Below are positions 1 to 8,355 of a stretch of 52,067 bases of DNA, one piece after another (within the stretch, counting starts at the first letter, position 1; the number at the start of each line of letters is the position of its first letter). This DNA comes from a bacterium (GTDB lineage: Bacteria; Patescibacteriota; Minisyncoccia; Phycocordibacterales; UBA6065): the NCBI GenBank assembly GCA_030680695.1, contig JAUXUT010000149.1:302933-354999 (forward strand), in the 5' to 3' direction. A model generated the notes under the pieces. It worked only from the letters and a program-made list of their open reading frames with translations, had not been told where the DNA came from and ran no database searches. Made by a program: the position numbers and the translations under genes.

Positions 1-186
1 AAGCTTCTTGCGGGACTCGTCGAGAGCATCCTGATCGCGATCGATGCCGATCAAGAAAATATTTTTCTCGCGGCGCAACGCCTCAGTGCTGTGACCTGCC
101 CTTCCGAGCGTGCCGTCGACGAGAACCTCGCCTTCCTTAAGCTCGAGTCCGTCTATTGTTTCCTTTAAAAGTACTGATTCGTGCAT
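1..186 (-). CDS. rsmH: 16S rRNA m4C1402 methyltransferase RsmH, 5' part (truncated by window edge)
   Basis: Manual translation MHESVLLKETIDGLELKEGEVLVDGTLGRAGHS...IGIDRDQDAL; H-SVLL-E and DGTLG-GHS motifs; directly downstream of mraZ. Confidence 0.93.
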   Translation of the reverse strand, partial: MHESVLLKETIDGLELKEGEVLVDGTLGRAGHSTEALRREKNIFLIGIDRDQDALDESRKKL

Positions 187-207
187 AGAAGGTGTGCGGC
201 TTGGCGA

Positions 208-642
208 TTAGATGATGCCGACCTGCCCGAGCTTCTCGGCCAGAGCACCCGCCTTGCCTGCCACGCCCTTCTTGTATGCATCCCATGCTTTCTCATTCCA
301 GAGCTCGACACGGGTCTGCACTCCGACCACCGCCACCTTTCCTTTGAGACCTGCGAACTTCTGCAAGGATTCAGGGATAAGGATCCTGCCAATCGAGTCG
401 AGCTCCGCTTCTTGCGCAAGACCGAACATGTATCGGCTGAACCCTCGGTTGTCTGCCTGGCCGAGCGAATTCTCACCAAGCTTGCCGGAAACCTTCTCCC
501 ACTCCTTCGACGTGAATATGAAAAGACAGCTATCGAGGCCAGGGGCCACGACCATCTTTTTGCCGATCTTCTCCCTGAACTTAACTGGGAGAGAGATGCG
601 GTTCTTGTCGTCTAGCGAGTGGATGTATTCTCCGATGAGCAC
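208..642 (-). CDS. mraZ: Division/cell wall cluster transcriptional repressor MraZ (probable GTG start at 642)
   Basis: (M)LIGEYIHSLDDKNRISLP...LDSIGRILIP...VGVQTRVELW, two SpoVT/AbrB-type repeats; mraZ-rsmH order. Confidence 0.95.
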   Translation of the reverse strand: MLIGEYIHSLDDKNRISLPVKFREKIGKKMVVAPGLDSCLFIFTSKEWEKVSGKLGENSLGQADNRGFSRYMFGLAQEAELDSIGRILIPESLQKFAGLKGKVAVVGVQTRVELWNEKAWDAYKKGVAGKAGALAEKLGQVGII

Positions 643-806
643 GTTAGCTTTCGATGAGCCGAAGCGTTGGCGCAAGCCTTTGCATTCGGTGCTCGCCTTT
701 CCACGTGGACGAGCTCGCGCAACTTCAACCCTTTCACCTGCGTCATCTTCACTTCGTACCGCCTGTCTTTCGATTCAACTGCGTATACAGTTTCGATTAT
801 TCGCAT
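612..806 (-). CDS. Possible small upstream ORF (64 aa) in the mraZ leader
   Basis: ATG-started ORF filling the gap between the mraZ promoter region and the mraZ start; no SD and no recognised family. Confidence 0.25.
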   Translation of the reverse strand: MRIIETVYAVESKDRRYEVKMTQVKGLKLRELVHVERRAPNAKACANASAHRKLTCSSENTSTR

Positions 807-849
807 GGGTCTCGTGGGTTTTTATCGTTGGGCGAGCTTTCCCTGCTCA

Positions 850-916
850 CCCACTTTTTCCCACTTATCATATATTGTATCCCACCGCGTTCCACTCGTA
901 TACACGGTTATCCACA
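850..916 (-). promoter_or_regulatory. MraZ-box direct repeats overlapping the mraZ promoter
   Basis: (C/T)CCAC pentamers on + at 850, 860, 881, 891, 911 (TACAC at 901), i.e. GTGG(G/A) on - with ~10-nt period; -10-like TACAAT at 874-879 (-). Confidence 0.7.
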
Positions 917-949
917 TTGAAACACATTAAAACTCGATACAGACGTATG

Positions 950-978
950 AAAAAGCCGCACCTTACGGTGCGGCCTTT
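950..978 (-). terminator. Intrinsic terminator after lysS
   Basis: 8-bp stem GCCGCACC/GGTGCGGC with 4-nt loop followed by T5 on the - strand. Confidence 0.85.
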
Positions 979-993
979 CGTTACCTTGCATCC

Positions 994-2475
994 TTACGCG
1001 CGCGGGCGCATCGTTGGGAAAAGAATCACCTCCTTGATGTTCTTTGTGCCGGTGAGAAGCATGGCTAGGCGATCCATGCCGATACCGACGCCTCCTGCGG
1101 GTGGCATGCCGTATTCGAGTGCCTCGACGAATTCAAGATCGTTTGGCTGGGCCTCCTTGTCCCCTTTCTTTGCATTGTCCTCTTCTTTTGAAAATCGTTC
1201 ACGCTGGTCTATTGGGTCATTCAATTCAGAAAACGCCTTTACGAGTTCCATGCCGCCGACGACAAGCTGAAACACATCAACGACTGATGGGTCTTTCTCG
1301 CTTTTCTTGGCAAGTGGGAGCATGTCCACTGGATAATCGGTGATGAAAGTTGGCTCGACGATGTTCACGCGAGATGCCTTCTTGTAAATATTGTCTACGA
1401 TGCGGTCTTTTGAATCGCCGTCTTCAACTTTGATGCCCATTTTCTTGGCCTTGGCTTCTGCAGTTGCGCGATCAACGGTGACTGGGTCGAAACCAGCGTC
1501 CTTTTGTACGAGGTCGCGGTATGAAATGCGATTGAATGGTTTTGAAAAATCTATGTCCCCTTCCTCGGATTTAACGACTGGCGAGTTGAGAACGGATTTA
1601 ACCACGTCACGAATCATCGCCTCGACGAAATCCATCTGCTTTGCGGCGGTGGAAAAAGCCTCGTAAAACTCGAGCATGGTGAACTCGGGGTTGTGGGTGA
1701 CGTCTATGCCTTCGTTACGGAAATTACGGCCGATTTCGTAGACCTTTGGGAAACCGCCGATAAGAAGCTTCTTTAGATACAGTTCAGGGGCGATGCGCAA
1801 AAAAAGATCTATATCAAGGGCATTGTGATGAGTCTTGAAAGGGGCCGCGTTGGTGCCACCTGCCAATGGTTGAAGCTGGGGTGTTTCCACCTCGAGATAT
1901 CCGGCCTTGTCTAGGACTGACCTGAACGCGGTAATCATGCGCGATCGAATCATAAATCGTTCGCGGACTTCGGCCGACATAAGGGTATCGAGGAAGCGGT
2001 TCCTGAATCGTTCTTCGACATCCTGAAGACCGCTCCATTTCTCGGGAAGTGGGCGCAAAGTTTTGGCGAGCATGGTCCACGATTTTACAAGAACACTGTT
2101 CTCGCCTTTCTGAGTGGTGAAAAGTTCGCCTTTAACCGAAATAATGTCGCCGATATCGGCAACGTCGGAAAACAGTTTAAACGAAGTCTCGTCCATGGAG
2201 TCCTTCTTGAACACGGCCTGAAAAGTTGAAGGACTGCCTTGCATGGTTCCGTCGAAAAGCGGCACGAAAAGTATGGCGCCTTGTCCACGCACCGCCATGA
2301 CGCGTCCAGCAAGGGCGACTTCTTTGCCAGTCTTCGCGAGTGTTTCGAAATCTGTCCTGACCGTGGCCAGGTCGAAATCATGTTCTGTCTCGATCGGATA
2401 CGGATTCATGCCCGCAGCCTTGAGGATGCCGAGCTTCTTTAGTCGTGCTTCTCGTATTTCGTCGAGTGATGCCAT
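994..2475 (-). CDS. lysS: Lysine--tRNA ligase (class II)
   Basis: OB-fold N-terminus (AGRVMAVR), LFLRIAPELYLK, FRNEG...HNPEFTMLEFY, YGMPPAGGVGIGMDRL. Confidence 0.98.
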   Translation of the reverse strand: MASLDEIREARLKKLGILKAAGMNPYPIETEHDFDLATVRTDFETLAKTGKEVALAGRVMAVRGQGAILFVPLFDGTMQGSPSTFQAVFKKDSMDETSFKLFSDVADIGDIISVKGELFTTQKGENSVLVKSWTMLAKTLRPLPEKWSGLQDVEERFRNRFLDTLMSAEVRERFMIRSRMITAFRSVLDKAGYLEVETPQLQPLAGGTNAAPFKTHHNALDIDLFLRIAPELYLKKLLIGGFPKVYEIGRNFRNEGIDVTHNPEFTMLEFYEAFSTAAKQMDFVEAMIRDVVKSVLNSPVVKSEEGDIDFSKPFNRISYRDLVQKDAGFDPVTVDRATAEAKAKKMGIKVEDGDSKDRIVDNIYKKASRVNIVEPTFITDYPVDMLPLAKKSEKDPSVVDVFQLVVGGMELVKAFSELNDPIDQRERFSKEEDNAKKGDKEAQPNDLEFVEALEYGMPPAGGVGIGMDRLAMLLTGTKNIKEVILFPTMRPRA

Positions 2476-2491
2476 TATTTATTGTATGGAG

Positions 2492-2956
2492 CTATGAAAC
2501 CGAGACTATCTTGTAGGTAGTCTCACCCTTTGGAGTGCTGACCGTGATGGACTGGCCCTTGCTCTTGCCGAGTAGCTGAGAGCCGAGCGGAGAAAGATTC
2601 GATATCTTGCCCTCTGCGGCATTCGCCTCGTCTGAACCAACAACCTTATATTTGGTCTTGTCCTTGGTTCCCGCCTTTTCGATGGTAACTTCAGATCCCA
2701 TGGTGACGTTGTCGCCGTGCAATTCGTGCACTATTTCAGCAGTCTTCAACGTATTCTCGATAATGGCGATACGATCCTCGACCATAGCCTGAGATTCACG
2801 GGCCTCTTGATATTCGGTGTTCTCAGAAAGGTCGCCGAGGGCGCGAGCATATTCGAGATTCTGTGCGACCTCTTTTCGTTTGACGGTCTTGAGTTCACGA
2901 AGCTCGATTTCGAGTTCGTTGTATTTCTGCTGGGTAAGGTATTTGTGGGTTTCCAT
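2492..2956 (-). CDS. greA: Transcription elongation factor GreA
   Basis: GDLSENTEY acidic tip and ISNLSPLGSQLLGK C-terminal motif. Confidence 0.96.
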   Translation of the reverse strand: METHKYLTQQKYNELEIELRELKTVKRKEVAQNLEYARALGDLSENTEYQEARESQAMVEDRIAIIENTLKTAEIVHELHGDNVTMGSEVTIEKAGTKDKTKYKVVGSDEANAAEGKISNLSPLGSQLLGKSKGQSITVSTPKGETTYKIVSVS

Positions 2957-3014
2957 ACGGCGTATTTGGTTACGTCTGATTACGACTGATGGCGGGCATC
3001 ATACCATGAAACAC

Positions 3015-4706
3015 CTACTTAAGGTAGGGCGAGTCGGTTTTGTGCATCCATTCAAAAAGCTCACGCATAACAAGGGTTGATCCATAAATATTCGCACGTG
3101 GGCCTCGTTCCATTATAACAACGAAGGCATATTTTGGGTTCTCGTATGGAAAGAACCCAGTCACCCATGAGTTCACAAAGGCCTTGGTCACACCGAGCTC
3201 TGCGGTACCTGTCTTGGCGGCCGCCTTCACATATGGAAGGTTGAGACCGGACGCCGTCCCTGATATCGCTGTCTTCCTCATGCCTTCGCGGATTATCTGA
3301 AGGTTGTTCTGGTCGACAGGTACGGTCGTCGTAACCACTGGTGCCGAAGTGGTCGAGGTTTTTAATATGGTCGGCTCGATCATGAGTCCATCATTTGCGA
3401 TGGAAGCCACGGCCTTGAGCATCTGAAGCGGCGTCACCTGGAATCCGTACTGACCGATTGACGTGAAATAGGTATCGCCAATGCGCCATGGATCGCCGGG
3501 GAAAACTCGTTCCTTCCATGAAGGCGACGGCACAACGCCATTCGGTCCTTTGAAGAATCCGGTCTCGACATTTTTCTGGCCGATACCAAAAAGCGAGAAA
3601 TACTGATTAAGCCGATCAATGCCGAGTCCTTTCTGTCCCTCGAATCCGCCACCGATGACATAAAAATACACGTTCGATGACACAGCGATTGCGTCACGCA
3701 TGGTGACGGGGCCGTGCGCCTTCCAATCCATGAACAAGGTCTTCCTTGTATAGTCATAAGGATGCGGAATACTGATTGAGCCCGTACTGACGATGACTTT
3801 GTTCGGGTCGATGACATCCTCTTCCAGTGCGGCGAGCGCAACAAACGGCTTCACGATCGAACCTGGTGTATACAATCCGGAAAGAAACCTGTTGAGAAAA
3901 GGTTTTGTTGAGTCAGACAAGTATCGAGAAATCTCGCGCGAGTCGTCGCCTTCCGTCATGACCGAACTCTTGTATTCTGGGTAGCTCGTGATGGCGATAA
4001 CCTCGCCCGTGTGCACATCCATGATTGCCCCTGCCCCGCCTGTAAATCCAACCTTTCCGGCGAGGGCTTCGATTGATTTATAAAGTTGCGCCTCGACCAC
4101 CGCATCAATAGAAAGCGTCAGGTTTGCGCCGTCTTTGGCCGGACGAATCGTTGATTCCGCATCAACCCTGCCCAAGGCATCGACACCAAGGATTTTCAGC
4201 CCGTGCGTTCCTTGTAATTCACTGTTGAATTGCTGTTCGATACCGGCCATGCCTTCATATGAAGTTCTGTAGTAATAACCCTGCCTGTCCTTGGCGGGAT
4301 ATTTGAGGTACCCGAGCACATGAGCAAAACCTTCTTGATCAATATATCTGCGCGAAGCAAAGTCTGGTTCTTCCTCGTTCACTGCATTCCATGCGAGCCG
4401 TAGCCCGTTCCTGTCGTATATCGCGCCGCGCTCGGCGAATACGATAGTCTGTCGAGCCATATTGCTTTCGCTCATCTTGGCGTATTGCTCGCCGTCTTTT
4501 ATCTGCAACGCCCACGCCTTTCCCGCGAGCACAATCATAAGCACTCCGAATACCGATGCGAGCACAATCATCGTCGCAACTGGTATCGGTTTTTCCATAC
4601 GTCCTTCAAACTGGAACGTATCGAAATCCGGCAGGTTTTGCGAATCGATGAATATCTCGTCCGGGTCGATGTGGACGTCTTTATTCTTGCGTCGGCCTCT
4701 GAACAT
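3015..4706 (-). CDS. mrdA: Penicillin-binding protein 2 (class B transpeptidase)
   Basis: N-terminal TM anchor, RGAIYDRNG dimerisation motif, PGSIVKP (SxxK), SSN (SxN), KTGTAE; follows mreBCD. Confidence 0.92.
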   Translation of the reverse strand: MFRGRRKNKDVHIDPDEIFIDSQNLPDFDTFQFEGRMEKPIPVATMIVLASVFGVLMIVLAGKAWALQIKDGEQYAKMSESNMARQTIVFAERGAIYDRNGLRLAWNAVNEEEPDFASRRYIDQEGFAHVLGYLKYPAKDRQGYYYRTSYEGMAGIEQQFNSELQGTHGLKILGVDALGRVDAESTIRPAKDGANLTLSIDAVVEAQLYKSIEALAGKVGFTGGAGAIMDVHTGEVIAITSYPEYKSSVMTEGDDSREISRYLSDSTKPFLNRFLSGLYTPGSIVKPFVALAALEEDVIDPNKVIVSTGSISIPHPYDYTRKTLFMDWKAHGPVTMRDAIAVSSNVYFYVIGGGFEGQKGLGIDRLNQYFSLFGIGQKNVETGFFKGPNGVVPSPSWKERVFPGDPWRIGDTYFTSIGQYGFQVTPLQMLKAVASIANDGLMIEPTILKTSTTSAPVVTTTVPVDQNNLQIIREGMRKTAISGTASGLNLPYVKAAAKTGTAELGVTKAFVNSWVTGFFPYENPKYAFVVIMERGPRANIYGSTLVMRELFEWMHKTDSPYLK

Positions 4707-4725
4707 AGTGAGAGTGTATCACGCG

Positions 4726-4980
4726 CTAGCGTTGCCAAGCGAGCCTGTCGCGAACCACACTGGCGACCGCGAATACAATGACCGAACCCACAAGGAATGC
4801 GTGTGTCCAACCATAGAATCCCCAATACGAACCATACAAGACGTCGGCGACGAGTCCCCAGAGCACGCCTTCAAAAAAGCGTCCAACAACGAAGAATGCG
4901 GCGACAAGAACAATCGCAAAAAGCCACCACGGGAGGAAAAGGACTGATACAAGTAGTGCGATGTTGAATGCGATGCGCAT
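4726..4980 (-). CDS. Small membrane protein at the MreD position (84 aa)
   Basis: Hydrophobic, ~3 TM segments, GLVADVLYG motif resembling MreD; lies between mreC and mrdA. Confidence 0.65.
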   Translation of the reverse strand: MRIAFNIALLVSVLFLPWWLFAIVLVAAFFVVGRFFEGVLWGLVADVLYGSYWGFYGWTHAFLVGSVIVFAVASVVRDRLAWQR

Positions 4981-4997
4981 GGATTGATGGTGGATGG

Positions 4998-5795
4998 TTA
5001 ACGTGCGGCGTCTACTTCGACGTATCGGAGTTCTTGCATATTGAACGGTGCGCGGAAATATATCGCCTGTATGGAATCAGTTGCGCCCACGGAAATGTGT
5101 TCAACCACGCCAAAAATATTCACACGCAATTGTGGGGCGACGATTATATCTCCAACAGCGACTTCGATGTCCGTAGGAAGACGCGCGATGAAATTGCCTC
5201 CCCCACGACCGACTGCCTGGGCCGCTACTTTCTTGTCTCCGATAAGTACTGGTGTTTCTCGGCCTGGCGTAGAGTACAGACTTGTCTTGGACGACGCGCC
5301 AGTTACTTCGGATATATCTCCGACTAATATCGAACCGTTGATGTATACGCGCTGACCCACAGCAATTCCGTCATCTGATCCAACATCGAGGGTAAGAGTG
5401 TCATATGCGGATACCGGTGGGCGCGACAATACGACGCCAAGCACCCCGCTCGAACGTGATTCCCTGCCAAGCGCGGTCTTGAGCGCCTCGTTCTCGTCTC
5501 GCAAAGTCTGCAAAAGAAAGGCGTCTGCTTCGCGCGATCGGACCTCGTCTCGCAAAGATGCGTTTTCTCGGACCAGGGCGAGCTTGGACGAAACGATGCG
5601 CGCCATGCGGCCAAAAATACCAATCACGGCGTCTTCGGACTTCCAGGCTGTAGATGCGACCGGGCTTAGAAGTCGAGGATAAAAAGATGGAAATATGAAA
5701 TCAATGGAAACGAGCGCGACTATAGCGAGGATGATCGCGATGGTCACTGCTCTGCCCTTCTTTTCGCCGACGTTACTGCGCCTTAGGTAGGTCAT
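4998..5795 (-). CDS. mreC: Rod shape-determining protein MreC
   Basis: TM anchor, coiled coil (LVRENASLRDE...LRDENEALK), then beta domain (LTLDVGSDDGI, GDIIV); follows mreB. Confidence 0.9.
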   Translation of the reverse strand: MTYLRRSNVGEKKGRAVTIAIILAIVALVSIDFIFPSFYPRLLSPVASTAWKSEDAVIGIFGRMARIVSSKLALVRENASLRDEVRSREADAFLLQTLRDENEALKTALGRESRSSGVLGVVLSRPPVSAYDTLTLDVGSDDGIAVGQRVYINGSILVGDISEVTGASSKTSLYSTPGRETPVLIGDKKVAAQAVGRGGGNFIARLPTDIEVAVGDIIVAPQLRVNIFGVVEHISVGATDSIQAIYFRAPFNMQELRYVEVDAAR

Positions 5796-6837
5796 CTTCG
5801 CTTTGGATGAGGATATCTCGATACCTTTCGATGTCTTCGAGGATAATGCCGGTGCCGCGAGCGACAGCGGTGAGAGGGTCTTCGGCGATGTGGACTGGGA
5901 TTTTTACGAGCTCCTCGATGAGGTTGTCGAGGCCGCGAATCATGGCGCCACCACCGACAAGATATATGCCGCGATGCATGACGTCAGCGAGGATTTCAGG
6001 CGGAGCGGTCTCGAGAACTTCTTTGACTGAATCGACGAGCGTGTCGATTGATGGACCGATGGCTTCACGGATATCCGCGTCCGTGAGCACCACTTCGCGA
6101 GGCAAGCCTGTAACGAGGTCACGGCCACGGATTGGCGCTTCGTGTGGCTTCTCGCCCGCGACGACGACGCCGATTGCGATTTTTATATCTTCAGCAGTCT
6201 TCTCGCCGATGAGTATTTTGAATTCGTTGCGGACGTATGAAATGATGTCGTCGTTCAAACGGTCTCCGGCGACCTTGAGCGACTTCGACCTGACGACACC
6301 GCCGAGCGAAATCATGGCGATATCTGTCGTTCCTCCACCGATGTCAACAACCATGTTACCTGCAGGCTCGTGAATCGGGAGCTTGATGCCGATCGCGGCG
6401 GCCATTGGTTGCTCGACGATGTGTACCTCGCGCGCGCCGGCATTTTTTGTCGCATCACGGACGGCGCGCGCCTCAACGTTAGTCACTCCCGAAGGAATAC
6501 CGACAATCACGCGTGGGCCGAAAAACTTCTTGGAATCCTTCTGGGACTTGTTGAGGAGATAAACGAGCATTTCTTCTGCCACCTCGAAGTCCGAAATCAC
6601 ACCTTCGACGAGAGGACGCACCGCCTGGATATGGGCTGGCGTCCTGCCGAGCATGTCCTTGGCCTGGCCACCGACCGCCACAACACGGCCAGTCTTCTGG
6701 TTCACAGCCACGACGGAAGGCTCGTTTATAACGATGCCTTGGCCCTTCATATATACAAGCGTATTAGCCGTGCCGAGATCGATGCCGATATCGTGCGAGA
6801 AGGCCGCATAAAGCTTGTTTAGGAGTCCTTTTGACAT
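5773..6837 (-). CDS. mreB: Rod shape-determining protein MreB (operonic copy)
   Basis: IGIDLGTANT, MVVDIGGGTTD, GIYLVGGGA actin-fold motifs. Confidence 0.97.
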   Translation of the reverse strand: MSKGLLNKLYAAFSHDIGIDLGTANTLVYMKGQGIVINEPSVVAVNQKTGRVVAVGGQAKDMLGRTPAHIQAVRPLVEGVISDFEVAEEMLVYLLNKSQKDSKKFFGPRVIVGIPSGVTNVEARAVRDATKNAGAREVHIVEQPMAAAIGIKLPIHEPAGNMVVDIGGGTTDIAMISLGGVVRSKSLKVAGDRLNDDIISYVRNEFKILIGEKTAEDIKIAIGVVVAGEKPHEAPIRGRDLVTGLPREVVLTDADIREAIGPSIDTLVDSVKEVLETAPPEILADVMHRGIYLVGGGAMIRGLDNLIEELVKIPVHIAEDPLTAVARGTGIILEDIERYRDILIQSEDDLPKAQ

Positions 6838-6853
6838 GTTTTGAACACTATCA

Positions 6854-8089
6854 CTACAGCGTTTTTATCGCCACCATCTTGACTTGTCCCGTCTTGCGGT
6901 CCTTCTCCTCGACAGAATCTTCGGCGAGCGTCTTCTCGGAAATAATGTATCGTGTTGGTATGCCAATAAGGTCCGAATCAGCGAACTTTTCACCCGCGCG
7001 CGCATCGCGATCGTCATAAAGAACTTCTATGCCTTTGGCGACGAGCTTTTCGTACAAAGCGTCTGCAGCCACTTTCACTTTGCCTGCCTTGTCGTCAAGG
7101 GCGATGAGATGCACAGCGAACGGCGCGACGGATTCTGGCCAGACGATACCTTTGTCGTCAGCAAGAGTCTCGACGATGGCGCCCATGACGCGACCGGGAC
7201 CAATGCCATACGATCCCATGACCACAGGTTTTGGCTTGCCATCTTCAGCAACATATGTGAGTTCGAAGGCATCAGAGAATCGCGTGCCAAGAGAAAATAT
7301 ATTTCCCACCTCGACGGCTTTTTTCTCGACGAGTTTGGATCGGTCGAGGCCGAGGTCCTTGAGCACCGCGTCGTCGAGAACTTCCTTGTTCACAGCGATT
7401 TTCTTTTCCTCGTCCACATAAATGAGATCTTCGCCGGCGTCCGTCACTGTCTGGAACTCGTGGGAAAATTTAGAAAACGAGCCACCAGTCGCAAACGTCA
7501 CATATGTCCTGTCGCCGAGGCCGAGCCTCTCGAAAACGCGCACATACGCCGCCTTGGCCTTTTCATAAAAATCAGCGTGCTCTGCCTCGTCTTTCGAAAA
7601 CGAGTAGAGATCCTTCATAAGAAATTCGCGGCCGCGCATGATGCCGGACTTTGCCCGTTCCTCGTTTCGGAACTTGGTCTGGAACTGGTACACCGCCGCA
7701 GGCAAATTGCGATACGAAGAAATGAAATCCTTCATGAGCGCGGTCAAAGGTTCTTCGTGCGTGAAGGCAAGACCAGCCTCGGAACCATTTCTGAGTTTTG
7801 TTTTGAACCAGTTGTCTACGACTGCGTCAGACCATCGTCCGGTTTTTTCCCAGGTCGCCTTGTCCTGAAGCGCGGTGAGCGAAACTTCCTGTCCGCCGAT
7901 GGCGTTCATTTCCTCGCGAATTACGTCGACGATTTTGTTCATGACGCGCAGGCCGAGAGGCAGATACGCATAAACGCCCGCCATCTCCTTGTATATGTAT
8001 CCGCCGCGAATCAGAAGCTGCGCATTTTTGGCGACTTCGTCTTTTGGGGCTTCTTTGCGGGTCTTGGTGAAAAGTTTGCTTTGGCGCAT
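6854..8089 (-). CDS. proS: Proline--tRNA ligase, short bacterial type without INS editing domain
   Basis: MRQSKLF...LPLGLRV, FQTKFRNEERAKSGIMRGREFLMKDLYSF, VEVGNIF-LG, MGSYGIGPGR; 411 aa. Confidence 0.96.
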   Translation of the reverse strand: MRQSKLFTKTRKEAPKDEVAKNAQLLIRGGYIYKEMAGVYAYLPLGLRVMNKIVDVIREEMNAIGGQEVSLTALQDKATWEKTGRWSDAVVDNWFKTKLRNGSEAGLAFTHEEPLTALMKDFISSYRNLPAAVYQFQTKFRNEERAKSGIMRGREFLMKDLYSFSKDEAEHADFYEKAKAAYVRVFERLGLGDRTYVTFATGGSFSKFSHEFQTVTDAGEDLIYVDEEKKIAVNKEVLDDAVLKDLGLDRSKLVEKKAVEVGNIFSLGTRFSDAFELTYVAEDGKPKPVVMGSYGIGPGRVMGAIVETLADDKGIVWPESVAPFAVHLIALDDKAGKVKVAADALYEKLVAKGIEVLYDDRDARAGEKFADSDLIGIPTRYIISEKTLAEDSVEEKDRKTGQVKMVAIKTL

Positions 8090-8166
8090 CGGGTTTTGTC
8101 GCGTAGACGTAAATTATGGCTTGGTTGCTCAATGATAGCCTATCTGGCCGTATTTGTAAGGGGGAC

Positions 8167-8240
8167 TTGCTTTTTTTAGTGAAAGGTGATATAATAGATA
8201 GAACAGCGTTAGTAAAGCCTCCCTTCCCGGGAGGTTTTTA
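8167..8240 (+). ncRNA. Candidate very short transcript: sigma70 promoter plus intrinsic terminator, divergent from proS
   Basis: TTGCTT(8167)-17 nt-TATAAT(8190); hairpin 8214-8238 whose G-U pair and T tract fit the + strand; no ORF follows. Confidence 0.4.
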
Positions 8241-8259
8241 TATACTCATTTTTCATTTG

Positions 8260-8295
8260 TGGAGTATTTGATGAAAAACGCATCAAATACTCCAT
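8260..8295. repeat. Inverted repeat, copy 1 of a dispersed 30-bp element
   Basis: TGGAGTATTTGATG-AAAAACG-CATCAAATACTCCA (14-bp arms); 28/30 identical to 40233-40262. Confidence 0.8.
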
Positions 8296-8355
8296 CATTC
8301 GAAAAAATCGAGAATGGACCCCCGCCCGCCGTGCCGTGCCGTGCGGCAGAAACCG

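Noticed and set aside
908-916. DnaA box as a sign of oriC
   Set aside because: Only one perfect box; no box cluster, DUE or dnaA/dnaN nearby.
6884-8179. 431-aa + strand ORF opposite proS, and similar long shadow ORFs (212-1270, 8336-9409, 36709-37575, 48309-49268)
   Set aside because: They are antisense to well-supported genes, have no motifs, and are expected from codon bias in a moderately GC-rich genome.
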